Of a stretch of DNA of 64,000 nucleotides, positions 26,391 through 36,609 are shown piece after piece. The stretch is from assembly GCA_038851755.1 (NCBI GenBank), contig JAWCKR010000004.1:1-64000 (forward strand). The letters are read 5' to 3'. A model generated the notes under the pieces. That model had not been told where the DNA came from. It made no database searches and was given only the letters and a program-made list of their open reading frames with translations. This DNA is from Candidatus Hadarchaeales archaeon. GTDB lineage: Archaea; Hadarchaeota; Hadarchaeia; Hadarchaeales; WYZ-LMO6. Made by a program: the position numbers and the translations under genes. Each line of letters begins with the position of its first letter. The first letter of the stretch is position 1.

Positions 26391-28307
26391 ATGAGAGCCA
26401 CTCCAGCCCGCGAGGGCGAGCGGATGTGGAGCCCCCTCACCGATTACGATATCTACCTCTTCAGAAAGGGAGAGCACTTCAGGCTCTACCGGAAGCTGGG
26501 GGCCCACCTGGTGGACGGAGGCGCCCACTTCGCCGTCTGGGCGCCCAACGCCGAGTACGTTTCGGTGATAGGGAGCTTCAACGGCTGGGACCCTGGGGCC
26601 AGCCCCCTCAGGCCAAGGGAGGACGGCTCCGGGATCTGGGAGGGCTTCGTGGAGGGGGTGAGGAAGGGGGACCTGTACAAGTACCGCATCCTCTCCAGGT
26701 ACGGGGGGCACGCTGCGGACAAGGCCGATCCCTTCGCCTTTTTGGGTGAGGTCCCCCCCAGGACGGCCTCGGTGGTCTGGGAGCTGGACTACGAATGGGG
26801 GGACGGGGAGTGGATGCGCTCCAGGAGGGAGAGAAACTCCCTGAGCTCCCCCATGTCCATCTACGAGGTACACCTGGGCTCCTGGAGGAGGGTCCCGGAG
26901 GAGGGGAACCGCTTCCTCACCTACTCGGAGATGGCAAGGTGGCTCCCTGAATACGTGGAGGAGATGGGCTTCACCCACGTGGAGTTCCTTCCCGTGATGG
27001 AGCACCCCTTCTACCGCTCCTGGGGTTACCAGGTAACGGGTTACTTCTCACCCACCAGCCGTTACGGTACCCCCCAGGAGTTCATGGGCTTGGTGGACGC
27101 CCTCCACCAGCGAGGAATAGGGGTGCTCCTGGACTGGGTTCCCTCCCACTTTCCCTCCGACGGGCACGGTCTGGTTTTCTTCGACGGCACCCACCTGTAC
27201 GAGCACGCCGATCCCAGGAAGGGGATTCATCCGGAGTGGGGGAGCTGCCTCTTCAACTACGGTCGCCACGAGGTCAGGGCCTTCCTGATAAGCAGCGCCC
27301 TCTTCTGGCTGGACAGGTACCACGCGGACGGTCTGAGGATAGACGCCGTGGCCTCCATGCTCTATCTGGACTACGGGAGGAAGGAGGGGGAGTGGGTGCC
27401 CAACGAGTACGGGGGGAAGGAGAACCTGGAGGCCATCCACTTCCTGCGCAGGCTGAACGAGGTGGTGTACGGGGAGTACCCGGACGTGCAGATGATTGCG
27501 GAGGAGTCCACCGCCTGGCCCCTGGTCACCAGGCCCACCTACGTGGGTGGCCTGGGGTTTGGACTCAAGTGGAAGATGGGATGGATGCACGACACCCTCC
27601 GCTATTTCTCCATGGACCCCATCTTCAGGAAGTACCACCACGACCTGATCACCTTCAGCATGTGGTACGCCTACTCCGAGAACTTCGTCCTCCCCCTCTC
27701 CCACGACGAGGTCACTTACGGGAAGGGCTCCCTCTTCGGGAAGATGCCTGGCGATGCCTGGCAGAAGTTCGCGAACCTCAGGCTCCTCTATGGCTACATG
27801 TACGGTCATCCCGGTAAGAAGCTCCTCTTCATGGGGGGAGAGTTCGGGCAGTGGAGGGAGTGGGTCCACGACGAGAGCCTGGAGTGGCACGTACTCCAGT
27901 ACGAGGACCACAGGGGGCTCCAGCGGTGGGTGAGGGATTTGAACCGCCTTTACAGGGAGGAGCCAGCCTTGCACGAGCTGGACTTCGAGCCCGAGGGTTA
28001 CGAGTGGGTGGACCTCAAGGACGTGGAGAAGAGCATCATTTCCTTCCTGAGGAAGGGAAGGACAGGCCCACCGGTGCTGGTGGTGTGTAACTTCACGCCC
28101 GTTCCCAGGTACGGGTACAGGGTGGGGGTTCCACGGGGAGGCTTCTGGAGGGAACTGCTGAACAGCGACGCCAGGGAGTATGGAGGGAGCGGGCTTGGAA
28201 ACTTGGGTGGTGTCTGGGCTGAGCCCGTTCCGTGGCACGGTCGCCCCTGCTCCCTCCCCCTCACCCTGCCTCCGCTGGGGTGCCTCTACCTGAGGCCGGA
28301 GGGCTAG
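26391..28307 (+). CDS. glgB: 1,4-alpha-glucan branching enzyme (GH13, bacterial type)
   Basis: [43 protein letters not shown]; alternative start at 26424. Confidence 0.95.
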   Translation: MRATPAREGERMWSPLTDYDIYLFRKGEHFRLYRKLGAHLVDGGAHFAVWAPNAEYVSVIGSFNGWDPGASPLRPREDGSGIWEGFVEGVRKGDLYKYRILSRYGGHAADKADPFAFLGEVPPRTASVVWELDYEWGDGEWMRSRRERNSLSSPMSIYEVHLGSWRRVPEEGNRFLTYSEMARWLPEYVEEMGFTHVEFLPVMEHPFYRSWGYQVTGYFSPTSRYGTPQEFMGLVDALHQRGIGVLLDWVPSHFPSDGHGLVFFDGTHLYEHADPRKGIHPEWGSCLFNYGRHEVRAFLISSALFWLDRYHADGLRIDAVASMLYLDYGRKEGEWVPNEYGGKENLEAIHFLRRLNEVVYGEYPDVQMIAEESTAWPLVTRPTYVGGLGFGLKWKMGWMHDTLRYFSMDPIFRKYHHDLITFSMWYAYSENFVLPLSHDEVTYGKGSLFGKMPGDAWQKFANLRLLYGYMYGHPGKKLLFMGGEFGQWREWVHDESLEWHVLQYEDHRGLQRWVRDLNRLYREEPALHELDFEPEGYEWVDLKDVEKSIISFLRKGRTGPPVLVVCNFTPVPRYGYRVGVPRGGFWRELLNSDAREYGGSGLGNLGGVWAEPVPWHGRPCSLPLTLPPLGCLYLRPEG

Positions 28308-28308
28308 C

Positions 28309-30672
28309 ATGAGGTACGTGTGCATCCACGGGCACTTCTACCAGCCCCCTAGGGAAAACCCCTGGTTGGGGGAGGTGGAGGTGGAAGAAGGGGCCCACCC
28401 CCACCACGACTGGAACGAGAGGATCACGGAGGAGTGCTACGCCCCCAACACCGCTTCACCCCTGCTGGACCAGGAGATGAGGGTGAAGGAGTTCGTCAAC
28501 AACTACTCCAGGATCAGTTTCGACTTCGGTCCCACCCTCCTCTCCTGGCTGGAGAGGAGGGCCAGGGAGGTGTACGAGAGCATCCTGGAGGCGGACAGGG
28601 AGAGCAGGGAGAGGTTCTCGGGCCACGGTTCCGCCCTCGCCCATCCCTACGCCCACTCCATCCTCCCCCTGGACCATCGAAGGGACAGGTGCACCCAGAT
28701 CCTCTGGGGGGTGAGGGACTTTCAGAGGAGGTTCGGGAGGAAGCCGGAGGGGATGTGGCTCCCCGAGACGGCGGTGGACCTGGAGACCCTGGATTTCCTC
28801 GCCAGGGCGGGTGTGAAGTTCACCATCCTGGCCCCCCACCAGGCCGCCAGGGTGAGGCCGCTGGGGGAGCGCAGGTGGGTGGATGTCTCGGGAGGGAGGG
28901 TGGACACCACCATGCCCTATCTCTGCCGGCTCCCCTCCGGTCGCTCCCTCTCCCTCTTCTTCTACCATGGGGGAGTGGCCTTCGACGTGGCCTTCGGGGG
29001 TCTGCTGCACAGCGGGGAGCAGCTGGCCAGAAGGTTGCTCGGTGTCTTCTCTCCCAGGCAGGGACCGCAGCTCGCCCACATAGCCACGGACGGGGAGACC
29101 TACGGCCATCACCACCGCTTCGGGGACATGGCCCTGGCCTACTGCCTAAGGTACCTGGAGTCCAGGGGAGAGGCCAGGCTAACGGTCTACGGGGAGTACC
29201 TCGAGAAGCATCCCCCCACCCACGAGGTGCAGATCCTGGAGAATACCTCGTGGAGCTGTGCGCACGGGCTGGAGAGGTGGAGGGGAGACTGCGGATGCAG
29301 GCTCGGCTCCAGGCCGGGCTGGCACCAGAGGTGGAGGGGTCCCCTGAGGGAGGCCCTGGACTGGTTGAGGGGGACCCTTGCCTCCCTCTACGAGCGGGAG
29401 GCCGGAAGGTGGCTGGCGGACCCGTGGAGGGCCAGGAACGAGTACGCGGAGGTGGTCGCCTGCCGCTCCCCTGAGGCCTTCAGGGTCTTCCTGGAGAGGC
29501 AGGGGGTGAGGGAGCTATCCGAGGGGGAGAGGGTGAGGATCCTGAAGCTGCTGGAGATGCAGAGGCACTCCCTCCTGATGTACGCCAGCTGCGGGTGGTT
29601 CTTTGACGAGATTTCCGGGCTAGAAACGGTGATCATCCTCAGGCACGCGGCCATGGCCCTCCAGCTGGCGAAGGAGGCCACGGGGGTGGATCTGGAGCCC
29701 GAGTTCCTCCGCAGGCTGGAGAAGGCCCCGAGCAACCTCCCCGAGTTCGGGACGGGTGCCGGGGTCTACGAGAAGCTGGTGAGGCCCTCCGCTTACGATC
29801 CGGCCAGAGTGGCCTCCACCTTGGCGGTTCTCTCCCTCTTCAACCCCTCCCCTCCTTCCCGCTTCTACCACTTCGAGGTGGAGGCGAAGGTGCAGCGCGG
29901 CTGGGAAGGGGAGGGGGGAAGGCTGAGGCTGGGATGGATGGTGCTGCGCTCGGGGTTGACGGGTGAGAGGTTCTCCTTCCAGTTCAGCGCCCTCCTCTCC
30001 CCCTGGTTCTTTCCCCTGGCCATGATGAGGGAGGGGGAGGGAGAGCTTCCCCCCACGCTGGTGGAGGAGCTGGGTTCGGTCTTTCGGGAGGATGTGGGGG
30101 AGGCGGTGAGAAGGGCGGAGCGCCACTTCCCCCTCCAGTACTCCCTGCGCCAGCTGCTGGTGGATCCGGGGAGGGAGGTGCTGGAGAGGATGGTGGAGGA
30201 GAGGCTCGGTGCCCTGCTCTTCCTGCTGGAGGAAACGGTGGGCTTCTTACCCTCCTCCAGGGAGGGGGGAAAGGGTTTGCCCGCGGAGTTCTCCCCCCTG
30301 CTCGAGCTCTGGTTGAACCTGGAGCTCAGGAGGGAGATGGAGGAGGGGAACTTCGAAAGGGTGGCGGAGCGGATGGAGGAGATGAAGGAGCTTTCGCTCA
30401 GGATCGACGAGCCCCGCCTCTCCTTTATCCTCTCCAGGAAGCTCGCTGAGCTTGCGGGCAGGCTCACGGGTGGGGAGGAGGACCTGGAGGTTCTGAGGAG
30501 GATGGAAGGGGGACTCTCCCTTCCCCTGCGGCCGAACCTTTGGAGGGCGCAGGTGAAGTGTTTCGGGCTGGGTGAAAAGTACGCGGAGAGAAAGGTGGGA
30601 GAGTGGGGGGGACTCTTCGGCAGGGTGGCCCGTCTGCTGAGGCTAAAGTTGCCCGACCCGAAAGGGGTTTAA
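28309..30672 (+). CDS. GH57-family glycoside hydrolase with DUF3536 domain
   Basis: HGHFYQPPRENPW, GMWLPETAVD, ATDGETYGHH, SWSCAHG.ERW, SCGWFFD. Confidence 0.9.
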   Translation: MRYVCIHGHFYQPPRENPWLGEVEVEEGAHPHHDWNERITEECYAPNTASPLLDQEMRVKEFVNNYSRISFDFGPTLLSWLERRAREVYESILEADRESRERFSGHGSALAHPYAHSILPLDHRRDRCTQILWGVRDFQRRFGRKPEGMWLPETAVDLETLDFLARAGVKFTILAPHQAARVRPLGERRWVDVSGGRVDTTMPYLCRLPSGRSLSLFFYHGGVAFDVAFGGLLHSGEQLARRLLGVFSPRQGPQLAHIATDGETYGHHHRFGDMALAYCLRYLESRGEARLTVYGEYLEKHPPTHEVQILENTSWSCAHGLERWRGDCGCRLGSRPGWHQRWRGPLREALDWLRGTLASLYEREAGRWLADPWRARNEYAEVVACRSPEAFRVFLERQGVRELSEGERVRILKLLEMQRHSLLMYASCGWFFDEISGLETVIILRHAAMALQLAKEATGVDLEPEFLRRLEKAPSNLPEFGTGAGVYEKLVRPSAYDPARVASTLAVLSLFNPSPPSRFYHFEVEAKVQRGWEGEGGRLRLGWMVLRSGLTGERFSFQFSALLSPWFFPLAMMREGEGELPPTLVEELGSVFREDVGEAVRRAERHFPLQYSLRQLLVDPGREVLERMVEERLGALLFLLEETVGFLPSSREGGKGLPAEFSPLLELWLNLELRREMEEGNFERVAERMEEMKELSLRIDEPRLSFILSRKLAELAGRLTGGEEDLEVLRRMEGGLSLPLRPNLWRAQVKCFGLGEKYAERKVGEWGGLFGRVARLLRLKLPDPKGV

Positions 30673-30694
30673 CCGTGGGTCCTCAGGTGGGGTG

Positions 30695-31546
30695 ATGGAG
30701 ACCGCCATCCTCCTCCTCTCCTGCCCCGATGCGAAGGGGATAGACGCCAAGCTCTCGAGCTTCATCTGGAAGAACAACGGGAACATCGTGCACTTCGATC
30801 AGCATGTGGACGAGGGATTCGGGAGGTACTTCGCCAGGGTGGAGTGGACGCTGGAGGATTTCTCCCTCCCCAAGGAGAGGATAAGGGAAGCCCTTCTTCC
30901 CCTGGCCTCGGAGCTGGGGGCGGACTGGAGGGTGCACTTCAGCTCGGAGAGGCCCAGGGTGGGGATCATGGTTTCCAGGCATCTCCACTGCCTCTACGAC
31001 CTGCTGGCACGGTGGAGGGAGGGAAGGCTCAGGTGCGACATACCGCTCGTCATAGGGGACAAGCCCGATGGAGAAGGGGTGGCCAAGATGTTCGGCATCC
31101 CCTTCCACCACATCCCCGTGGATTTGAAGAGCAGGGAGGAGGGGGAAAGGAAGCAGATCGAGCTCCTGAAGAGGGAGGGAGTTGAACTCGTGGTGCTGGC
31201 CAGGTACGGGAAGATCCTCTCCCCCATGTTCGTGCAGGAGTTCAGGAACAGGATTTTGAGCATCCATCCGTCCTTCCTCCCGGCTTTCCCGGGGAAGGAT
31301 CCCTTCACCCAGGCCTACCGGAGGGGGGTGAAGCTCATAGGGACCACCGTCCACTTCGTGAGCGAAGAGGTGGATGAGGGGCCCATCGTCCAGCAGGACG
31401 TGGTCAGGATAAGCCACAAGGACAGCCTGGAGGACCTGGTGAGGAAGAGCGAGAACCTGGAGAAGATCACCCTGAGCGAGGCCGTGAGGCTTTACTGCGA
31501 GAGGAGACTGCTGGTCTACGAGAACAAGACCATCGTGTTCGAGTAG
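30695..31546 (+). CDS. purU: Formyltetrahydrofolate deformylase
   Basis: N-terminal ACT (CPD..GI), VS...HCL.DLL, VLARY, IHPSFLPAF, RGVKLIG.T.HFV, DEGPI. Confidence 0.88.
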   Translation: METAILLLSCPDAKGIDAKLSSFIWKNNGNIVHFDQHVDEGFGRYFARVEWTLEDFSLPKERIREALLPLASELGADWRVHFSSERPRVGIMVSRHLHCLYDLLARWREGRLRCDIPLVIGDKPDGEGVAKMFGIPFHHIPVDLKSREEGERKQIELLKREGVELVVLARYGKILSPMFVQEFRNRILSIHPSFLPAFPGKDPFTQAYRRGVKLIGTTVHFVSEEVDEGPIVQQDVVRISHKDSLEDLVRKSENLEKITLSEAVRLYCERRLLVYENKTIVFE

Positions 31547-31552
31547 CTCGGA

Positions 31553-33430
31553 TCAGAGCTCAATCTCGTTCACGGTCTCCCAGGTTCTCTCGTCGAGCAC
31601 GGTGAGGTTCCCCTCGGAGATCACGTAGAGGTAGTCGTCCAGGTAGACGGCCCTCCTCGCCGTCACGTTCTCCATCTCCCTGACCACCTCAAGCCTGTTT
31701 CCACGGTAGGAGAGCACGTACCCCTTCCCGGAGGCGGGGAGGAAGAAGACCTCGTGGTCTGGATCCAGGAGAAAGGCGTGGTGCGTTTCCAGGATCTCGG
31801 ACCAGTACTCCTCCAGCAGGATTCTGTCCAGCTCCCCGGGCCGGGAGGGCGAGGAGACATCGAAGAGGGAGACCTTCACCTTCCAGTTCTCCCTCCCTAT
31901 CCCCAGCAGTAGGTTCTCGGTTATGGGGTGGAGGTAGGAGGAGTATCCCGGCATCTTCAGCTCCCCCACCACCCGTGGGTCGTGGGGATCGGAGAGGTCG
32001 ATCACGTGCAGGGGATCGGTCTCCCTGAAGGTTACCACGTATCCCTTGTCCCCCAAGAACCTCACCGCGTAGATTCCCTCCCCCAAGCCCAGGTCCCTGA
32101 GGGAGCCCACCACCTTCAGCTCCTGGTCCAGGACGTACACGTCGTTGGCGCTCTCCCCCCTCCCCCCGAGCATCCAGGGCTCCACGGTGGTGGCGAGGCG
32201 CAGGTACCCCCCCTCCTCGTCCAGCGAGAACTGGTTGATCGGCCTTCCAGGAACCTCGGCCTGGGCCACGATCTCGAAGCTTTCTAGGACTATCTTCACT
32301 ATGTGGGTGGTCTCGAGTTCTCTCTTCCTCTCAGCCACGTACTCCTCCCACCTCTCCCACAGCTCTTCCCAGGGGAGGTCGGCCGAGGAGAGGAGGACCT
32401 CGAGCTCCACCATCTTGGCGGTATCGCTGAGCTCGTACCCCATGAGCCTCCCTATCCTCCCCATGAGCTCCGTGGGGAGGAGATCCGTGCACCTCGAGAG
32501 GAAGTCGTAGTACGTTTTCACGGGGGAGGGGTAGGAGGTGTAGGTGAGGTAGAGGGAAGCCCCTGACATGTAGACCACCGAGATGCCGGAGTATCCCACG
32601 AAGCTCACGCTCTTCTCCACTCTGCCTTCCCTGGGGTCCAGGATGAAGGCCGTGTAGAGCGAGTCCACGGGTACGGGGGTCGGTGGGTGGTAGATGTCGG
32701 TGGCCCTCACCAGCACCTCGGCGTCCCCGGCTTTCAGGGGCTGCAGGGGAAGGGACACTGGGTCCTGCAGGGGAGTGCTGGTGACGAGGTAGATTTTACC
32801 CCGGTAGAGACGCGCCGAGACCAGGCTGGCTTTCAGTTCCACCTTCCAGAGCTCTCTGGGGGAGGAGGGGTCGGATACCTGGTAACCGGTGATCCCCTCG
32901 TAGGAGAGGAGGACCAGCAGGTTCTCCAGAAGGAGCAACTCCCCGTTTCTCTCCAGGTCGGAGACCACCGAAAGCCCGGAGGGGGGGAAGGCCCTTATCA
33001 CCTTCGTGTCCCAGTAGCCCGAGAAGTAGAGGTATCTTCCGTCGGTCTTCACCACATCAGGCTCGTCTATGCCCCTCACCTGTACCGTGGTCTCGGAGAC
33101 CCTGGAGGCCCCCTCTTCCCCCCCACCACCCTCTTCGAGGGCCCTGAGGGGCGAGAGGGGAGTTTTCCCGGTTCCCAAGGGATACCCCCATCCCATCCTC
33201 CAGTAGCCGCTGAGCCACTCCCTGGACCGGGAGAGGTACTGGGAGAATTCCGCTTCGGAGGAGAACTTGGTCAATCCCCAGGTGGACACTTCCTGCCCGG
33301 GACTGCGGAACCAGAGCCAGCCCAAGGAGACCACGAGAAGGATACAGAGGACCAGAACGGCGCCGATTTTCGGGATGGGTCTCGCCTTGCCCTCCACCCT
33401 TCTCTCCCACCTGCGGTAGTCCTCGGCCAC
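31553..33430 (-). CDS. Secreted or membrane-anchored beta-propeller domain protein (COG4880-like)
   Basis: N-terminal TM helix, S.TTVQV.GIDE.DVVKTDG, NQFSLDE..GYLRLATT, YVVTF..TDPL.VIDL, GYSSYLHP; start uncertain. Confidence 0.85.
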   Translation of the reverse strand: MAEDYRRWERRVEGKARPIPKIGAVLVLCILLVVSLGWLWFRSPGQEVSTWGLTKFSSEAEFSQYLSRSREWLSGYWRMGWGYPLGTGKTPLSPLRALEEGGGGEEGASRVSETTVQVRGIDEPDVVKTDGRYLYFSGYWDTKVIRAFPPSGLSVVSDLERNGELLLLENLLVLLSYEGITGYQVSDPSSPRELWKVELKASLVSARLYRGKIYLVTSTPLQDPVSLPLQPLKAGDAEVLVRATDIYHPPTPVPVDSLYTAFILDPREGRVEKSVSFVGYSGISVVYMSGASLYLTYTSYPSPVKTYYDFLSRCTDLLPTELMGRIGRLMGYELSDTAKMVELEVLLSSADLPWEELWERWEEYVAERKRELETTHIVKIVLESFEIVAQAEVPGRPINQFSLDEEGGYLRLATTVEPWMLGGRGESANDVYVLDQELKVVGSLRDLGLGEGIYAVRFLGDKGYVVTFRETDPLHVIDLSDPHDPRVVGELKMPGYSSYLHPITENLLLGIGRENWKVKVSLFDVSSPSRPGELDRILLEEYWSEILETHHAFLLDPDHEVFFLPASGKGYVLSYRGNRLEVVREMENVTARRAVYLDDYLYVISEGNLTVLDERTWETVNEIEL

Positions 33431-33542
33431 GTTTCGTTTCTCCCGTTCGTTCGGTAAATATCCAATCCGGAACGAAGACATAGCCGAGAACGTGTCCGTT
33501 GCCGGTGGGAAGGGTGTTTTATGAGGGGAACTCCAGCTCTAG

Positions 33543-33752
33543 GTGATGAGGTTCAGAAAGCCCTCGGGGCGACAGCCCGTTTCGATCGAGGAGGTTTTTC
33601 TGGAACCCAAGAATCAGAAACTGGTCGTGTACCTTCCTCCCACCATAAAGGAGCTTCTGGAGGAGCTGGCCAGGAACTCGGAGGTCAAGACGAACACGTG
33701 CGTCCTTTACCTTCTGGTGAAGCAGCTCAAAGAACTGGGCCTGCTGAAGTGA
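33543..33752 (+). CDS. Small hypothetical protein, possible ribbon-helix-helix DNA-binding protein
   Basis: KLVVYLPPTIKELLEELAR strand-helix pattern; AGGTGA next to the start. Confidence 0.55.
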   Translation: MMRFRKPSGRQPVSIEEVFLEPKNQKLVVYLPPTIKELLEELARNSEVKTNTCVLYLLVKQLKELGLLK

Positions 33753-33782
33753 TTTCACGCCATGTTTTCAGGGTGAGCCCTC

Positions 33783-34295
33783 TTAGTACTGGATTCCCCT
33801 CTTGGGCCGGAGATTTTTGGGGAGCTTGACCTCCCTCACCTCCACCACCACCTCCGCCCTCTCCCTCAGCTTCCTGGGAGCATACCTTCCCGTCAGCACC
33901 ACGTCCGTTTTCTCAGGAAGGTCGTCAAGAAGCCTGAGTACCTCCTCCACCTCAATCAGCTTCCACCCCGCCACCAGGTTCAGCTCGTCCAGGATGAGTA
34001 AATCGGGCTTCTTCTCCTCGGCGACCTTCCTCGCGAACTCCAGTCCTTTCCTCACCAGCGTCCGGTCCTCCTCTCCCAGCTCTTCTTTTCCCGTCCAGCC
34101 CTTCCTTCCGAACTGGTAGATTTCATAGTGGGGGGAGAGCCTCTCCCTTATCTTGTACTCTCCCGTGTTCTTCCACCACTTCAGGAACTGGATGATCACG
34201 ACCTTCCTCCCCTGCCCCACTGCCCTCAGGGCCAGGCCCAGGGCGCTCGTGGTCTTTCCCGGTCCCGTGCCCGTGAGGACGTAGACCTCCCCCAT
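33783..34295 (-). CDS. cobO: Cob(I)alamin adenosyltransferase (CobA/BtuR/CobO type)
   Basis: TG.GPGKTTSALGLALRA.G, IQFLK, LILDE, VLTGR, GIQY. Confidence 0.9.
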   Translation of the reverse strand: MGEVYVLTGTGPGKTTSALGLALRAVGQGRKVVIIQFLKWWKNTGEYKIRERLSPHYEIYQFGRKGWTGKEELGEEDRTLVRKGLEFARKVAEEKKPDLLILDELNLVAGWKLIEVEEVLRLLDDLPEKTDVVLTGRYAPRKLRERAEVVVEVREVKLPKNLRPKRGIQY

Positions 34296-34402
34296 CGAGC
34301 GACTTGGGAGGGATGACAAAAAAGGGCATCGAACGAGCCGTTTCCGGGTTTTGTCGAGGTTTTTAGGAAGATACTCCCGAGGAAGGTGGGGGACCTCAGG
34401 GC

Positions 34403-36496
34403 ATGCCTATTGAGAAGATAAGGAAGAGGGACGGAAGGCTGGTCGATTTTGATTCCAGCAGGATAAGGGACGCCGTCCACAAGGCCTTCATCGCCGTCGA
34501 GCTGGAGGACGGGGAAAGGGCGGAGGCCGTGACCAAGGAGGTGGTGAAGGTGCTGGAGGAGAGGTTCAGGGGGAAGGTGCCCTCGGTGGAGGACGCCCAG
34601 GACGCCGTCATCGAGGTCCTGAGGAGGAAGGGTTATGAGAGGGTGGCGGAGGAGTACCGCTCCTACAGGGAGAGGAAGGAAGAGATAAGGAGGCTCAGGC
34701 AGAGCCTGGGGATTCCTGAGCCGAAGCTCACGGTGAACGCGCTGGAGGTCCTGAGGAGGAGGTACCTCCTGAAGGACGAGAGTGAGAGGGTGGTGGAGAC
34801 ACCGGACCAGATGTTCAGGAGAGTGGCTGGGGCCGTAGCCAGGGTGGATAGGGAGTACGGTGAGGACCCGGAGGAGAGCGAGCGGACCTTCTACGGGATG
34901 ATGGCCCGTCTGGAGTTCCTTCCCAACTCTCCCACCCTCTTCAACGCGGGTACGGAGATGGGCCAGCTCTCCGCCTGCTTCGTCCTCCCTGTCGAGGATT
35001 CCCTGGAGAGCATCCTTACGGCGGTGAAGAACATGGCCCTGATCGAGAAGAGCGGGGGAGGCGTGGGTTTTGACTTCTCCAGGCTGAGACCGAAGGGGGA
35101 CGTGGTGAGGTCGACGATGGGGGTGGCCTCCGGTCCCGTTAGCTTCATGAGGATCTTCGACACGACCACCGAGGTCATCAAGGCAGGTGGGAGACGCAGG
35201 GGGGCCATGATGGGGATTCTGAGGGTGGACCACCCAGACATCCTGGAGTTCATAACCTGCAAGAAGGATCCCGGTTTCCTCCAGAACTTCAACCTCTCCG
35301 TCTCGGTAACCGATGAGTTCATGGAGAAGGTGGAGGGGGACGGGGAGTACTGGCTCGTCAACCCCAGGAACGGGGAGAGGGTGAAGAAGCTGAGGGCCGG
35401 GAGCGTCTGGGACCTGATGGTGGAGTCCGCCTGGGCGAGCGGCGACCCAGGGGTGATTTTCATAGACGAGATCAACCGCCACAACCCCACACCCGAGGTG
35501 GGGAGGATAGAGGCCACCAACCCCTGTTCCGAGCAGCCCCTCCTCCCCTACGAGTCCTGTAACCTGGGCTCCATCAACCTCTCTCGGATGGTGGAGGGAG
35601 GGGAGGTGAACTGGGACAAGCTCAGGGAGACGGTGAGGAACGCCGTCCACTTCCTGGACAACGTCATCGACGCCAACAGATACCCGCTGAGGGAAATAGA
35701 AGAGATCACCAAGGCCAACAGGAAGATAGGTCTGGGGGTCATGGGTTTCGCCGACATGCTGATTAAGCTGGGGATGCGCTACGACTCCGAGGAGGCCCTC
35801 AGGTTCGCCGAGAGACTGATGAAGTTCGTCTCCGAGGAGGCGCGTAGGAAGTCCGTGGAAATCGCCGAGAGGCGCGGTTCCTTCCCCAACTTCGAGAGGA
35901 GCATCTGGAAGGACAGGTACGGGGCCATGCGGAACGCCACGGTGACCACCATAGCGCCCACGGGGAGCATCAGCATCATCGCCGGGTGCTCCTCGGGGAT
36001 TGAGCCCGTGTTCGCCCTCTCCTTCATCCGGAAGGTGCTGGGGGGGACGAAGCTCTTCGAGACTCACCCGCTCTTCGAGCTGATGGCCAAGGAAAGAGGC
36101 TTTTACAGTGCGAAGCTGCTGGAGGAAATAGCCAGGACGGGGTCCGTGCAGGGAGTGGAGGAGGTTCCGGAGGATTTGAGGAAGATCTTCGTCACGGCCT
36201 TGGATATCGCCCCAGAGTGGCACGTGAGGATGCAGGCGGCCTTCCAGAGGTACACGGACAACGCGGTCTCGAAGACCGTGAACTTGCCGGCGAACGCCAC
36301 GGTGGAAGAGGTGAGGAAGGTGTATGAGCTCGCCTGGAAGCTGAAGTGCAAGGGGATAACAGTCTTCCGCTACGGGAGCAAACCCGAGCAGGTCCTGTAC
36401 ATAGGGGAGGTCAGGGCGAAGGAGAGGAAGTTCGTGGCGGCGGAGTCGGAGTACGCCGGCGGGTGCCCCACGATGACTTGTCCCTTCCCCGGCTGA
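34403..36496 (+). CDS. nrdJ: Class II (AdoCbl-dependent) ribonucleotide reductase with ATP cone
   Basis: ATP cone (KRDG...FD), PNSPTL, LSACF, TNPCSEQ, SCNLGSINL, TIAPTG, C-terminal Cys pair. Confidence 0.95.
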   Translation: MPIEKIRKRDGRLVDFDSSRIRDAVHKAFIAVELEDGERAEAVTKEVVKVLEERFRGKVPSVEDAQDAVIEVLRRKGYERVAEEYRSYRERKEEIRRLRQSLGIPEPKLTVNALEVLRRRYLLKDESERVVETPDQMFRRVAGAVARVDREYGEDPEESERTFYGMMARLEFLPNSPTLFNAGTEMGQLSACFVLPVEDSLESILTAVKNMALIEKSGGGVGFDFSRLRPKGDVVRSTMGVASGPVSFMRIFDTTTEVIKAGGRRRGAMMGILRVDHPDILEFITCKKDPGFLQNFNLSVSVTDEFMEKVEGDGEYWLVNPRNGERVKKLRAGSVWDLMVESAWASGDPGVIFIDEINRHNPTPEVGRIEATNPCSEQPLLPYESCNLGSINLSRMVEGGEVNWDKLRETVRNAVHFLDNVIDANRYPLREIEEITKANRKIGLGVMGFADMLIKLGMRYDSEEALRFAERLMKFVSEEARRKSVEIAERRGSFPNFERSIWKDRYGAMRNATVTTIAPTGSISIIAGCSSGIEPVFALSFIRKVLGGTKLFETHPLFELMAKERGFYSAKLLEEIARTGSVQGVEEVPEDLRKIFVTALDIAPEWHVRMQAAFQRYTDNAVSKTVNLPANATVEEVRKVYELAWKLKCKGITVFRYGSKPEQVLYIGEVRAKERKFVAAESEYAGGCPTMTCPFPG

Positions 36497-36609
36497 CTTC
36501 CCCGACCTTCTCCGTTGGCCCCAAGCTCGCACGCCCGGCTGTCAGCGCTTTTCTCCCCCTATAAACCGGCGCAAGGTTTTATGGAGAGAGGAAAGAATAA
36601 AAAGGGAAC

